A stretch of DNA of 62,684 nucleotides, the filler included, from Asterionella formosa (Eukaryota): the NCBI GenBank assembly GCA_002256025.1. It is 14 parts of 14 records of this genome, joined end to end, with 100 filler letters (N's around TTAATTAATTAA, not from the genome) between each part and the next. Parts side by side here need not be neighbours in the genome. Positions count along the whole stretch, not along the records: positions 1 to 22,455 come from NKIB01002740.1; 13 more parts are not named here. One strand, written 5' to 3'. Made by a program: the position numbers and the translations under genes. This document shows positions 1 through 11,132 of the stretch, one piece after another (within the stretch, counting starts at the first letter, position 1; every line of letters begins with the position of its first letter). The notes beneath the pieces were generated by a model, which worked only from the letters and a program-made list of their open reading frames with translations, was not told where the DNA came from and did not search any database.

Positions 1-683
1 ATGTAAACATAAATTAAAGTCGCCAATTGTACATTGCTTCACATGTGTAGTTTAGATGATCCACAATTCAAAACAACAAAGTCACAAACAGATTTGACAC
101 TTTTACAGTTCGCAGCATGCTACACTATGGTAATCTGTTGTAGGTTGAATGAAATTTTGTTTGATTCTCTATTTAAGTAATGTTGGTTAATAGTCCATTG
201 ACATTTTCAAAAAGAATCTTTTGTTATGATTGCTGATCCAGCTGGTGACTACTACATGTGACTAGAATTTGCTGACAATGATGAAATTTTGCTGACTACA
301 AGTAGAAAATGCGGACTACAACTATAAGTTACTGATTGTGGTGAAATCCATTAGCAAACCATCATCCAGTTGCTGAATATCATTACCAGTAGTAGGTGAA
401 CACGATTTCGATGATTAGAACACAACTTAATTTAATCAATGATGATTTAATGACATTGAAGAAAGTTACTTACTAAGAGAGTTTGGAATGAAAAGCCAGT
501 CTATCGCATCTGGCTGGCATGAGATGATCTACCGGTATTGTTGGGAGCGAGTGTGGTGAAACTGACAGGTGCACGTAGAATGTGCGCTACCGGACCTTCC
601 TTGTTATGGTACCAGGTACCAGTACAACATATGAGAGAGAATGCATGCACACCAGCCAGGGAGACTACGACCGGTACCTTGTA

Positions 684-2942
684 CTCCCTCTGTCCGAAAA
701 TAGTTGCATCGATTCGCAAGCACCACCAGTGTCTTGACTGTTAACATATGAAGGATTATGTTGCCAACATCACATCTTTCTATGTGAAGATTGGCTTACT
801 CGAAAAAATGCGTTTTTAATAAGTTACATAGACATGAACATAAAATCTGTTTTATAATTAAATAATTAGCTTTTAAATAAATTAATCGAAACCAATTTAA
901 CATATGTTTATGCATTGTATAGATGTATATAGTCTTTCAAGAAATGTTAATGCGTTGGTTTTGCATCATCATCATTTTTGTCAAAATGGATGTTGACATC
1001 GACGATGCGCCTGTTCCTGATGGTCAGATCCTTGTCTTGATGGCAAGCAATATTGGTTGCAGTTGCGCCATCATCACTGTTGCGGATCAACTGTAAAGGT
1101 TGGCTCTGTGGTCTTCTTCTTGTAGTGTGTTGTATTGGATGAGATCCTACAAGAACTCAAGGACGCGATCCAAGTGACAATGGACTGTGACCTCTCCATC
1201 CAAAAGGTTTGTTGGGCATCTTGCAAGAAGAATTGCTCATAACAAAGTGGAGGTAGTAGCACAGTATGTTAATTGTACTGCTGTAGTTTTTGAACTTCTA
1301 AAAGACTCTCTAAGGGGGAAACAAAAAGAAGAATGAATATGCGAGGTTATGGAGTTGCGCTATTCACGTTTCTTGATGATATAATCAAAATTGAAGATGC
1401 TGTTAAGGAGGAGGTCATCAAAATAGATGGCCACTTGTTAGATAATAGCAAATCTACTGCTGTGTAGATAAAATAGACTTGCTATTCAGTTGAAGTTCAA
1501 AATTACAAGTAGATGCACTTCGAGTAGCACTTTATTTATATATTTTTATTGAAATTACAAAGACAAGGAGGAATGTCTGTCAATCCAATGCAGCCACCAC
1601 ACCGGCGACGAAAAACCCCTTTTCTGCACACCCTATTATTAGAACTCTTCATCGAGAAATGTGTGGGCTGATTCAATTGCTCCTTCTCCTGCAGATAGCA
1701 TACATGGAAACAATCCCACCTGATCTAAAGCGTCCTTCCCCATATGCGGTATATCATACTAGTTTTTCTCGTCATTCACTAACATGATTTCGTGATCATT
1801 TCAGAACATGTCTGCTTGGTAACTGGAAGGGATTTTGTTTCCATCGTCCCTGCTGATCGATAAGTGGAAGTCCTTTCTTGGGCTGCCACTTGGTGAACAA
1901 ATGCCCAAATGCCAATTTTACCATCAAACACACACACACTTTGTTGTCGTCGAAACGCGGACAAGTTGCAGCAGAAAGGAACATAAAATTTTTGATATGA
2001 TGCATCTTTATGTCTTGTTCGCCTTGTGGGAGCCTCCTCTCCATGAGCCAGATATATCTTCAACGTTTCCTCTGCAACAAAAACCACTTTTCATCTATAT
2101 GGAATTGGTTGTAGAAGCCATTGTAATATCCAAACAGGCCTGGGTCGAAGCAAGTAAATGTCAGGGGAAGGAAGTTCTTGCTGATCTGGATGGTTTAATT
2201 GTACAATACATAAAACGACTAATCTTACTACCCTCCTCCGTAAGAGTCGGCTAAGAGTGCGGTTGCAATAAATCTCTTCTATTATCAAAAACTGTTGACT
2301 TGGGAAGGCAAAGCGTTGCTGCTAGTTTATGATATGAACTATGCTTGTGATATGGGATGTCTGCAATCACTGTAATTATTTCCTTGCAATTATATTTGAG
2401 AGCATGCCTAGCCAAGAATTTGTGGGAAAGCAATGCAAACACATCAGTATCACCATTATATTAGGAATCGAGCACACAGTTCGAACTAGGTTGTATGGTT
2501 GTTTTATCAACTTTGAACAGGCCTGCCAAACATTTAATGGTTCCATGCACTAAAATGAGCTGACCATCTATTTCATCCCCTCCTCTGTCAGGTCCTTTTT
2601 GGAGGTTCTGTAAGCCATAACCCAACAGAAGTTGACGCTCTTCTGGTGTTAGATCCTTTCTCATATGCATGTTGAGAAGAGGTGGTAGCACAAAAGTGGG
2701 GGGTCAGGCATCTTGATTTTGCTCGAGATGCACAAAAGTGGAAGTCGAAAAAGTCGAGAAACATTTCTTTTCAAATGTAGTTGCCATTTTTAATCTTTCT
2801 CTCTCTATATATATTATATACATGGATCCTTAGTTTAGAGCAAGCTGCACAATAGGGCAATGGAGCCGGAGAAAATCGTAGGAGTCAAAATGGCCCAGGA
2901 TAAAGTCGGAAAATTGATGCAACTATATTCGGACAGAGGGAG
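684..2942 (-). mobile_element. Plant-type (DD39D-like) mariner DNA transposon, internally deleted, with 31-bp TIRs and TA target-site duplication
   Basis: Left TIR CTCCCTCTGTCCGAAAATAGTTGCATCGATT (684-714); right TIR AATTGATGCAACTATATTCGGACAGAGGGAG (2912-2942), 2 mismatches. TA on both sides (682-683, 2943-2944). The CTCCCTC terminus is the Stowaway/plant-mariner signature. Confidence 0.92.
1715..2670 (-). pseudogene. Degenerate mariner transposase (frameshifts, stops, central deletion)
   Basis: Motifs in order across frames: RKDLTPEERQ..GTIKCLAGLFKVDKTTI, IPYHKHSSYHKLAATLCLPKSTVF, HIDEKWF (about 2080-2105), MFLSAATCPRFD, FDGKIGIWAFVHQVAAQ..GTMETKSLPVTK, then directly EIML..YDIPHMGKDAL. The part carrying the 2nd and 3rd catalytic residues is missing. 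Confidence 0.88.
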
Positions 2943-3478
2943 TACTGGTAAGCATGTACTCCCCAGGTACTGTAATACCGGTAACCTAAAGACGAATTTG
3001 AGCTGGCTCTGGCGGTACCTGGTACTCCTGGTACGTAGACCACGAGGGCGGTGGCCACTGATCGAAAGAAGCGGAACAGCACACCACCACCGCGGTTTCA
3101 ACAAAATTGTGTGCGACATGCATTTATATAAAGTACCGCTATATTGCTGTTGCCAGGATTTCATTGTTTGTTTTTGTGGACCAGGGTACTGTGCGCATTG
3201 TGGAGCTAGACCAGGCAACGTAGTTTCGATGAGTGGCTGAACGGAACGGAACGCAACGTAGCCGGAAACAATCGGTATCTACACTCAGGCCCCCACCCCA
3301 ACCATAAAATAGGATGGACACAACCTGGTACAGTACCAGGGACTACCTAATATACTAGGCAGAGCAGAAATAAATTCAAATTAGCTGCTACTATTCCTTA
3401 AACCTAATCTCACGAATTGCAGCTTACTTTCTTCCTCTACTTGCACTACGAGTATCATACACCACGCAATAGCATCTC

Positions 3479-5290
3479 TCAATCTGCTCGCAACAAATTT
3501 TCCCGACTCTTGGCATCGCCAAGCACTTTTTTCTTCCCTGCAAGGGGGCGAAAGGTAGACTTGCTATGGTTGAAAGTCTTTTCTACTTGAGCACGTTCTT
3601 CTTGTTTCTTTTGGAGTTTCAAATATTGCTCGTTCTCCTTATAACTTTGCCATTCTGCATCTTGACGCTGCATAACCTCGAGGTAGCTTTCGCCGTGGAC
3701 CTGGAAATTTTCACCATGCTCTCGTCGCCACTCCTTCAGTTTCTCATCTAGCATTGCCGTCAGTTTGGGAAGCTCACGCTTAATTCTTTTTGCCATCTTC
3801 TCTTCCCGCATAAGTTGTTTTGTGAGTGCTGCACCACGTTGCTTTAAGCGTTCCGAATCCTTTTGCAACTCGTCATACTCCTGTCTCTCCATAATAATTT
3901 CTTGGCGGCGCTCAATTAGGCGAAGAAGAGGCTTCATTTGCTCAAGCCGTTCTTGTAAGATGCTCACATAATCTTCGTGCTGCTCTAAGAGTTCATCGTT
4001 AAACAACTCCTCATTCTTCACGTGGATGGGCTCAAACGTTTTCTTTTGCTCCTCTGTTGCATTCGTCTCTTCCCACAATGCCTTGATCATATCCCTGGCT
4101 TCAAGTACAAGCGTGCCAAGCATAACACTCTTCAATTCATACAACCGCTTCAATTCAGCTTCTCCTTTTTCAATAGTTTCTTGGCTCAATCCCACGACGC
4201 TATTAGTGAAGGCTCGCTGTTCTTCCTCGGGCACACTGAGTTTTTCCCACAACGTCGAAATCTCAAATCCCATCTCTTCAAGCTTTGTTCTGCGTAGCCG
4301 CTTTTCTGCACTTAACTCCGTTACTCTGCTCGTGAGTTCATCTAATGCCTTTGCGCTGATACCGGTGCAAGAGTCTGTCTGAAACTTTGACGTCATCATG
4401 AAATTCCCATCTTTTGATCGAACCAAACTTCCAGAGATTCGCTTATCAACATCTGTAGCTCCTTTTTCATTGACATCGATTCGCAATTCTCGCATTAAAT
4501 GCTGACAATCTCGAATCAATTGAATCACAGCTGACGTTCGGGTTTTTAGTTCGTCCTTCATCTCATCAAGTTTTCGATGGAAAATTTCCCGCCGTTCACT
4601 GGTCAAATCAGACTCTATATCTCTGTATTTTGGGTCCATTTCCAGACCCAAAGCATCGTGAGCTTCAATCAATTGGTTTCGTGTCTCTTGCAAATCAGCT
4701 CGGGCAGCTAATGCTGCGGCACGAAGTCCTTCCAAGGCGGCCTCCAGAGTATCTAGTTCATCTGTCAACGTCATGTTCGATCCCTCCTTGAGCAAACGTG
4801 GATCCACAATCGTTTTCAATGCTTTTCCAGTCCTCTCGAGTTCTATCTTGGCATCAGCAATTGTTTGTCGAAATGTTTCGGCTACACCACGTTCCTCTGC
4901 TATCTTGGTGTCACAAAGATCTCGGAACTTGACTAGTAAGTCCGAAAGCTGCGATGCACGTTCTTCTGGATTATATCCGACCTCGTCCCATACTTCTTCG
5001 AGCTGCAAGGCTGTTGAACTTGCTAGCTGTGTAAGGGATTCCCCAATAGTCCGTGAAGGCGACAACAAGATCATGCTCTGATCTCGAGCCGGCGTCAGCA
5101 CTGGACCATTGGGAGTTTGAAGAATAGTTTGATTTACAGGTAGCGTGAAATGTGATCGCCTTGGACTCTTGATCAGGGTGTCCCTGGTCCTGATACTTAG
5201 GGAAGGCGAAGGAAGCTCACTGGATAGCATGAACTTGACAACAGGCGACGATGACGCCCTCGACCCCTTTGAACCAGAAACAGCCTCCAT
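3479..5290 (-). CDS. Microtubule-associated protein, MAP65/Ase1/PRC1 family
   Basis: 603-aa single-exon ORF with LEEVWDEVGY..ER, long coiled coils, LWEKLSVPEEEQ, and ERLKQRGAALTKQLMREEKMAKRIKRELPKL..LKEWRREHGENFQVHGESYLE, typical of MAP65_ASE1. Confidence 0.9.
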   Translation of the reverse strand: MEAVSGSKGSRASSSPVVKFMLSSELPSPSLSIRTRDTLIKSPRRSHFTLPVNQTILQTPNGPVLTPARDQSMILLSPSRTIGESLTQLASSTALQLEEVWDEVGYNPEERASQLSDLLVKFRDLCDTKIAEERGVAETFRQTIADAKIELERTGKALKTIVDPRLLKEGSNMTLTDELDTLEAALEGLRAAALAARADLQETRNQLIEAHDALGLEMDPKYRDIESDLTSERREIFHRKLDEMKDELKTRTSAVIQLIRDCQHLMRELRIDVNEKGATDVDKRISGSLVRSKDGNFMMTSKFQTDSCTGISAKALDELTSRVTELSAEKRLRRTKLEEMGFEISTLWEKLSVPEEEQRAFTNSVVGLSQETIEKGEAELKRLYELKSVMLGTLVLEARDMIKALWEETNATEEQKKTFEPIHVKNEELFNDELLEQHEDYVSILQERLEQMKPLLRLIERRQEIIMERQEYDELQKDSERLKQRGAALTKQLMREEKMAKRIKRELPKLTAMLDEKLKEWRREHGENFQVHGESYLEVMQRQDAEWQSYKENEQYLKLQKKQEERAQVEKTFNHSKSTFRPLAGKKKVLGDAKSRENLLRAD

Positions 5291-5436
5291 GCTGTTTGCA
5301 AGTTCAGGGATGTTATGGAGGCGAGATATGGAATGGACTCGTTGAACGTTGCTGATTGCCTCCTTGAGAAATGGCGAAGAGCAACGTCGACAATGTTACC
5401 GGTAGTGTCGTTCTTTGTGAATATCTGTGTCGCGGC

Positions 5437-6044
5437 NNNNNNNNNNNNNNNNNNNNNNNNNNNNNNNNNNNNNNNNNNNNNNNNNNNNNNNNNNNNNNNN
5501 NNNNNNNNNNNNNNNNNNNNNNNNNNNNNNNNNNNNNNNNNNNNNNNNNNNNNNNNNNNNNNNNNNNNNNNNNNNNNNNNNNNNNNNNNNNNNNNNNNNN
5601 NNNNNNNNNNNNNNNNNNNNNNNNNNNNNNNNNNNNNNNNNNNNNNNNNNNNNNNNNNNNNNNNNNNNNNNNNNNNNNNNNNNNNNNNNNNNNNNNNNNN
5701 NNNNNNNNNNNNNNNNNNNNNNNNNNNNNNNNNNNNNNNNNNNNNNNNNNNNNNNNNNNNNNNNNNNNNNNNNNNNNNNNNNNNNNNNNNNNNNNNNNNN
5801 NNNNNNNNNNNNNNNNNNNNNNNNNNNNNNNNNNNNNNNNNNNNNNNNNNNNNNNNNNNNNNNNNNNNNNNNNNNNNNNNNNNNNNNNNNNNNNNNNNNN
5901 NNNNNNNNNNNNNNNNNNNNNNNNNNNNNNNNNNNNNNNNNNNNNNNNNNNNNNNNNNNNNNNNNNNNNNNNNNNNNNNNNNNNNNNNNNNNNNNNNNNN
6001 NNNNNNNNNNNNNNNNNNNNNNNNNNNNNNNNNNNNNNNNNNNN
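5437..6044. other. Scaffold gap (608 N)
   Basis: Run of N without the TTAATTAATTAA spacer. Confidence 0.99.
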
Positions 6045-6942
6045 TGTAGAAACTTTGTTTGAAAACAATTTGCTTTGTTGACACTTCTCAAATTCTCTCT
6101 GGGGCCATTTCGAGTCTCGCATTTTTCTCCTGTTCAATTGCCCTTCTTGTGTGCCATCCAAGCAAAGTTTTCGACCCAAGTATATAAAAAAAATGAAAAG
6201 AGAGAAATTCCCAATTTTCACCTTGTTCTTTTGCTGGCTATTTTCGAGCAAAATGAAAATCCATGAAGATCAAATTTTCTAAACCAATTCTTCTAAACAA
6301 GCATCAGAGGAACCAGTTGACCATATAAGAGTGTCAAATGATAGTAAATCATGGATTACAAAACATCAAACAAGGAGTTGCTGGAAATGAGGCTCATTTT
6401 GTTGCCTGGAACTTTTAAAATCTTCTTTTCATGTATTTACTAATATAACCATGAATAAAAGGAAAGTACAATGCATAAGGAATCACTGAAATTATGTAAC
6501 ATCTCAAACTCTTTAGCAATCCTACCAACTTGATCATCCCAAATTTCTGTAAGTGCCATTATTTCATACTAGTTCCTAGTTCGAGAAGTTGCACGACTAG
6601 TTCCTACTACTTAGAGAAGTTGCACGATGAGCTGGTAAAGATCAATGTTAGTTGCTTTTCATCATGAACCTGCTGGGATATGTCTTGAAAGGCTGGAAAT
6701 CAGGAGAAGAATATGACTGCAAAGGCATGGCTTCATCCCTTTTCTGTATGACTTGATTTGTTCTGGACAGCTTAAAATTCGAAACTATAGCTTTAATTTG
6801 AAAAAGGGTTTTGGGGCTCAGTTAACAATTGCTCAAGCTACCAAGTAATTCTGTGGTCTGCATAAATGACAACTTCAGTTAATTTTTGAGCATGCTCATA
6901 TTTCAGCAAATGATGCAGCATTTATATTAACAATTGATTTAA

Positions 6943-8333
6943 TTATGGAAACTCTGGGAAGAAAATAATATTTTGTTGCTGCTGCTGTGCAACCTGTGAG
7001 TGGGTGCCTTGCATATCTTTGAGTTTCGCTTCTGCAATTCTCACCATAGCAGCCTCGCTTGCGGAAAGAAAGGTTTTCTTCAAACTACTCAGAGTTTCCT
7101 TTGGCAGTCCCCAATTTTTCGACATATTTTCCGAAATAATCTTGAATTGTTCGAGCTTATACACTGGCAAACCAATATTTTCCAGTCGATTTGCGACTGC
7201 TAGATGGATGTCCTTTCCTTTTGCTTTACTTGCATCCACAGCATAGTTCAAAATACTGGATGTTGCTTCTGAAATAAGTCGCTTGGCATCACGAACCATT
7301 GCAGTATCACCCTCTTGAAAGGTATTTGTCACCAAATCATATGCAGCTGATGCTACAAATACTCGCACCTTTTCAGTGACAAAGTCTTGAATCAACAAAT
7401 ACAATTCATCTGTTGTGCAACCCCGACGTCCTGTTTGGGATAGATTTATGTCGGAATAGCGTTGAATCTGAGCATTGAGATGATCAAGGGAATCCAAGTC
7501 AAATGCCAAGATGGGAGCTATGTCCCTATCAAGTGGACGGGACCTTAGTTTGGCCTTTACAGTCCCTGACAGATCAATACTGCTGAAACGAAGGAAAGTG
7601 CTGGAAATGAATGATGAGGGTAGTTCATCTGATGTGGACATGGCAGTTTCTGGGGGAAAGCCAGCATCTTGTAATTCATTCCTGTGCAATGGTAAGTTGA
7701 TGAGAGGCCAAGTCATTGCGTTTCGTTAGAAAGGAGTGAATTCTTTCCTTTTGATGGTGGCATTGCTGAATTTTCACAAAAAGCATTACCGGTATTTGCA
7801 GACATTTTTCTTTGATGTACATCTAGTACTCACCAGTTTGTTCTAGTCAACATCAAGTTGGTAAACTCAACCAAGATGGTCACATCATCCAATTCAATAT
7901 CAACGCATGGCTTCAAGTAGGAGTCCCAAGTCATATAAAATCGTCCAACCTGCAGGGCCTTGGGCGATCCTGGCAAGGCGACAGTGAAATTGGAAAACAA
8001 CATTTTTCGTTCCAATAAATTTAGTTGAGCATCATCGACCGAGCAAACTCTTGCCGTCGATATCAGCTCGTCTTGAATATACTTTGGCAATACCAATCCA
8101 CCTCGAATGATCAGGAGACCCATAATCTTGGCCGGATCAACTGTTAGAAACGATGACCACGTTTTTGCATCACCAGTTGCTGTTGACTGTGTCTTGTTCG
8201 TCGAGGAAAGACCAAAATAGCCAAGATTGAATCGTGGCGGTGACGCTCTGGAAGTGAAGGAGGAAAGGAGAAGAAACAGTGTGTGAATTGTCCACAGCAC
8301 ATTTCTTCCAGGTATTTGATTGTGGTTGCTCAT
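6943..8333 (-). CDS. Hypothetical protein, two exons (8333-7834, 7681-6943), N-terminal hydrophobic segment
   Basis: ATG at 8333 (MSNHNQ..LWTIHTLFLLLSSFTSRAS). GTGAGT donor at 7833 and GCACAG acceptor ending 7682 join TG+G to give TRTNW-NELQDAGFPP in frame with the 257-aa ORF. Function not recognised. Confidence 0.75.
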
Positions 8334-9220
8334 GATGATCTGGGTGAACGAAGTACCGGTAATTGATGTTCGATGGTTACTCGTTCGTACGGAACAAGAT
8401 CTTTGATTCGATACAATTGTGACACAACCGGTACCTGGCATGGACCAGGCGGTTTGCTGATAGGGTTGGTACCAGGTACCGGTACATAAAATTAATTGTA
8501 CATACATTGCGCTTCGTAATTCGTTATTATTTTTCATTTTATTATTTACTGGTATAAATATGCATACATAGTGAACAACCTGGTTTGTACCTGGTCACTG
8601 TTACCAGGGTACCAGAGTACGAGCAGCAGTCGGGGAATGGCAAACATATGTACCTGTATGAATGAATATTACAGGTGCAATTTGATATACCGGTACAGAA
8701 CATAGAATCATGTATCAAGCTGTGATCGCAAGAGCGATATCATATCATTACTGCATTGTTATTATCTTACATTGATAAATTTTCAAGTAGGTTACCAGAT
8801 GTTTGGTAGACTACCAGGTACCATCATCCCGATTATAGAATGTACGGAATACTACACTATTGACCTACCGGTAAACTAAACTATCATAGACATACGGTAG
8901 ACTACCGGTGTTATAGCTACAGAAAAAGGATATGATCTCCTAAGAAATTTGCATGATGGATAACAAAAAGGTGTGGTGATAACAATACCAGCAGGCCTAT
9001 TCAAAGAAATAGTATAGAAGTTTAGTCTTCCGGTAGTCTATTTGTCAAGTCTTTATGGACTTGAACATGTGACACACCATAAGTAACACAGTAACTGCTC
9101 GATCCCCGTAGAATCGATTTACCATGCACAGTCTCTAGGAACAGAAGGCAACGTCTGGAATAGTAATCCTTATGGAATTACTGCACAACTACACTGCAAT
9201 GGAATGGGCACTGCCAATGA

Positions 9221-10045
9221 CTAGGCCACGGAAACTTTGATCGGAAGGAGTGCTTTCAGTTCTTCAACAGTTTTGCACATGTGATCAAATGGTGCTCGTC
9301 GTAAGCTTTCTTCTGGGTGAGAACCCCATAGCACGCCAATAGCAATCATTCCGGCATTCTTGGCAGCAAAGATATCGCTTGGACTATCTCCAATGTAGAC
9401 ACAGTCCTTTGGGTCCACGCCAAGATCGTTGCAGACAACAAATAGGCCATCGGGTGCAGGCTTCGGCGTTGGAACATTGTCCGCTCCCCGGATCGAGCCA
9501 AACCTCGAGCCAACTCCTCCATTTACCTCTAAAACCGCTTCGGCGTATCTGACACATGCATTGGTCAAGGCCCCAATTTTCACATCCTCAGGAATACCTT
9601 CCAATAGCTTTGCAATGCCATCATAAAAGCCAGCCGTGGTGGTTGTCACTAATCCCACATACAAGTTATCAAATTGGTCCCCCAACGTTTGTCCCACTTG
9701 TTCGAAATCAGTGTCGCCCGGAACACGGCCCGCGTGTCTGGCGAGACGCTCAGGTGTAGCGTATCGAGTACACTCGTGATAAATTTCCTCGGTAATCTCC
9801 GGCACATTATTATTTTTAAGAACAACCACAGTGGCGTCGTAGCCCAACCTCCAAGAATCTGCCAGCGTCCCGTCGACGTCGAATATGACAGCCTTGACGT
9901 CGGCGGGATCCGAGAGCGATTCACGCATGGACAGCAGGCTTGTACTTCTCAATGCCGCTGCGCATGGAACAGCTGGCGTGAAGCCAAACGCTCGAAGGGG
10001 TGCAGAGATGGAGAAGAGCGCTGTAGCAAGCCACAAGCTCGCCAT
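9221..10045 (-). CDS. HAD-superfamily hydrolase, phosphoglycolate phosphatase (Gph)-like, probable plastid-targeted
   Basis: Motif I AVIFDVDGTLADS, motif II ALTN, motif III KPAPD, motif IV YIGDSPSD. Probable start MASLWLATALFSISAPLRAFGFTP at 10045 (signal peptide, Phe, then Ser/Ala/Arg-rich transit-like peptide). Confidence 0.88.
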   Translation of the reverse strand: MASLWLATALFSISAPLRAFGFTPAVPCAAALRSTSLLSMRESLSDPADVKAVIFDVDGTLADSWRLGYDATVVVLKNNNVPEITEEIYHECTRYATPERLARHAGRVPGDTDFEQVGQTLGDQFDNLYVGLVTTTTAGFYDGIAKLLEGIPEDVKIGALTNACVRYAEAVLEVNGGVGSRFGSIRGADNVPTPKPAPDGLFVVCNDLGVDPKDCVYIGDSPSDIFAAKNAGMIAIGVLWGSHPEESLRRAPFDHMCKTVEELKALLPIKVSVA

Positions 10046-10184
10046 GTCCTTTTGTACGTCGCTGTTGCAAGTTTTGCGAACGAGGTTGAGAAATCCTCGA
10101 ACAGTACTGCAAGACAACGATCAGTGGATGATGGTGCCGGAACTGGAACTGGAACTGGAAGCACCGTCATCTGAGCAGGTGAGT

Positions 10185-10510
10185 CACCCACACTACCGGT
10201 ACCTGGTACCAGGTCTGATACCTATTTAGTACGAGGTACTCCAGGAACCGGGTACCGGTATGCTCATTACCGGTATGGGATACCGGTAAGGGGTAAGAAT
10301 AGTCTACGGGTACCGGTATTTCTTAGTGGTTTGTGACAACCAGTTCTATCCTCTTGTTGTTATGGACAACACAGGACCTGGTACATACCGGTAGATGGCA
10401 AACTACCAGATGCCGGGTACTCGATACCTGGGTATTTCTGTACCAGGTACCGGTAGTCTACATTCATACCTGGTAAGTACCAGGTACCAGGTACCGGGTA
10501 CCAGGATTGC
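10185..10510. repeat. Array of TACCGGTA / TACCAGGTA / TACCTGGTA palindromic motifs in the divergent HAD-glucan synthase intergenic region
   Basis: Exact TACCGGTA at about 10194, 10253, 10268, 10281, 10311, 10386 and 10448, plus many GGTACC and TACC(A/T)GGTA variants. Confidence 0.85.
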
Positions 10511-11132
10511 TCGTGCGTATGTATTTCCCAACTCAGTCACGAATGGTCGTGACTGACGTATCCGTTTCTGCCCTCACATGCTCTTTGCTTGTTTACTCTA
10601 CCTTGATCCAAACAAGCAACGCACGCGTACAAGATACTGGTACCCGTACCAGGTTCCGGGGGGTCCTTACCGATTGCCTCCTACACTCTATCACCATGGC
10701 TTTTTATCATACGTAGAAGTTTTTGCGCTACATAAGTATTTTATGTACCAGTACGGCATTTCTACTAGAATCGCGTACGATGCTACGACAAACGTATGTA
10801 TCCATGACAACCTCTGCCGAACAAGTCGGAGACCGGCAATCCTTAATTAAAAATAATACTCCATCAACCATAACACAAATCAACCGTTCCTTGTCCGACG
10901 GCGACGTGCCCAGAAGTGCACCAGTAATTCATCACAGCAGAGCCTCCCTCAGTTCGCTTCTTCTCATCCAGCCACGGAATTACTGCCATAACATTGGTTT
11001 GTTGCGTCAAGCGTCGTGAAGGCAGCACAGCACTGCTTGAGCGACTTGAAGTGTCAGGCAAAGATATTTTCATTTGAATCTTCGTTGCTGAATCTTCGTT
11101 GCTGGCAGAGCAGAACGCTGAAGCGCTGAAGA

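Noticed and set aside
5197..6251. Long ORFs spanning N runs (also 19114-20066 and ORFs ending in X..LIN or X..N)
   Set aside because: They are open only because of N bases or the spacer.
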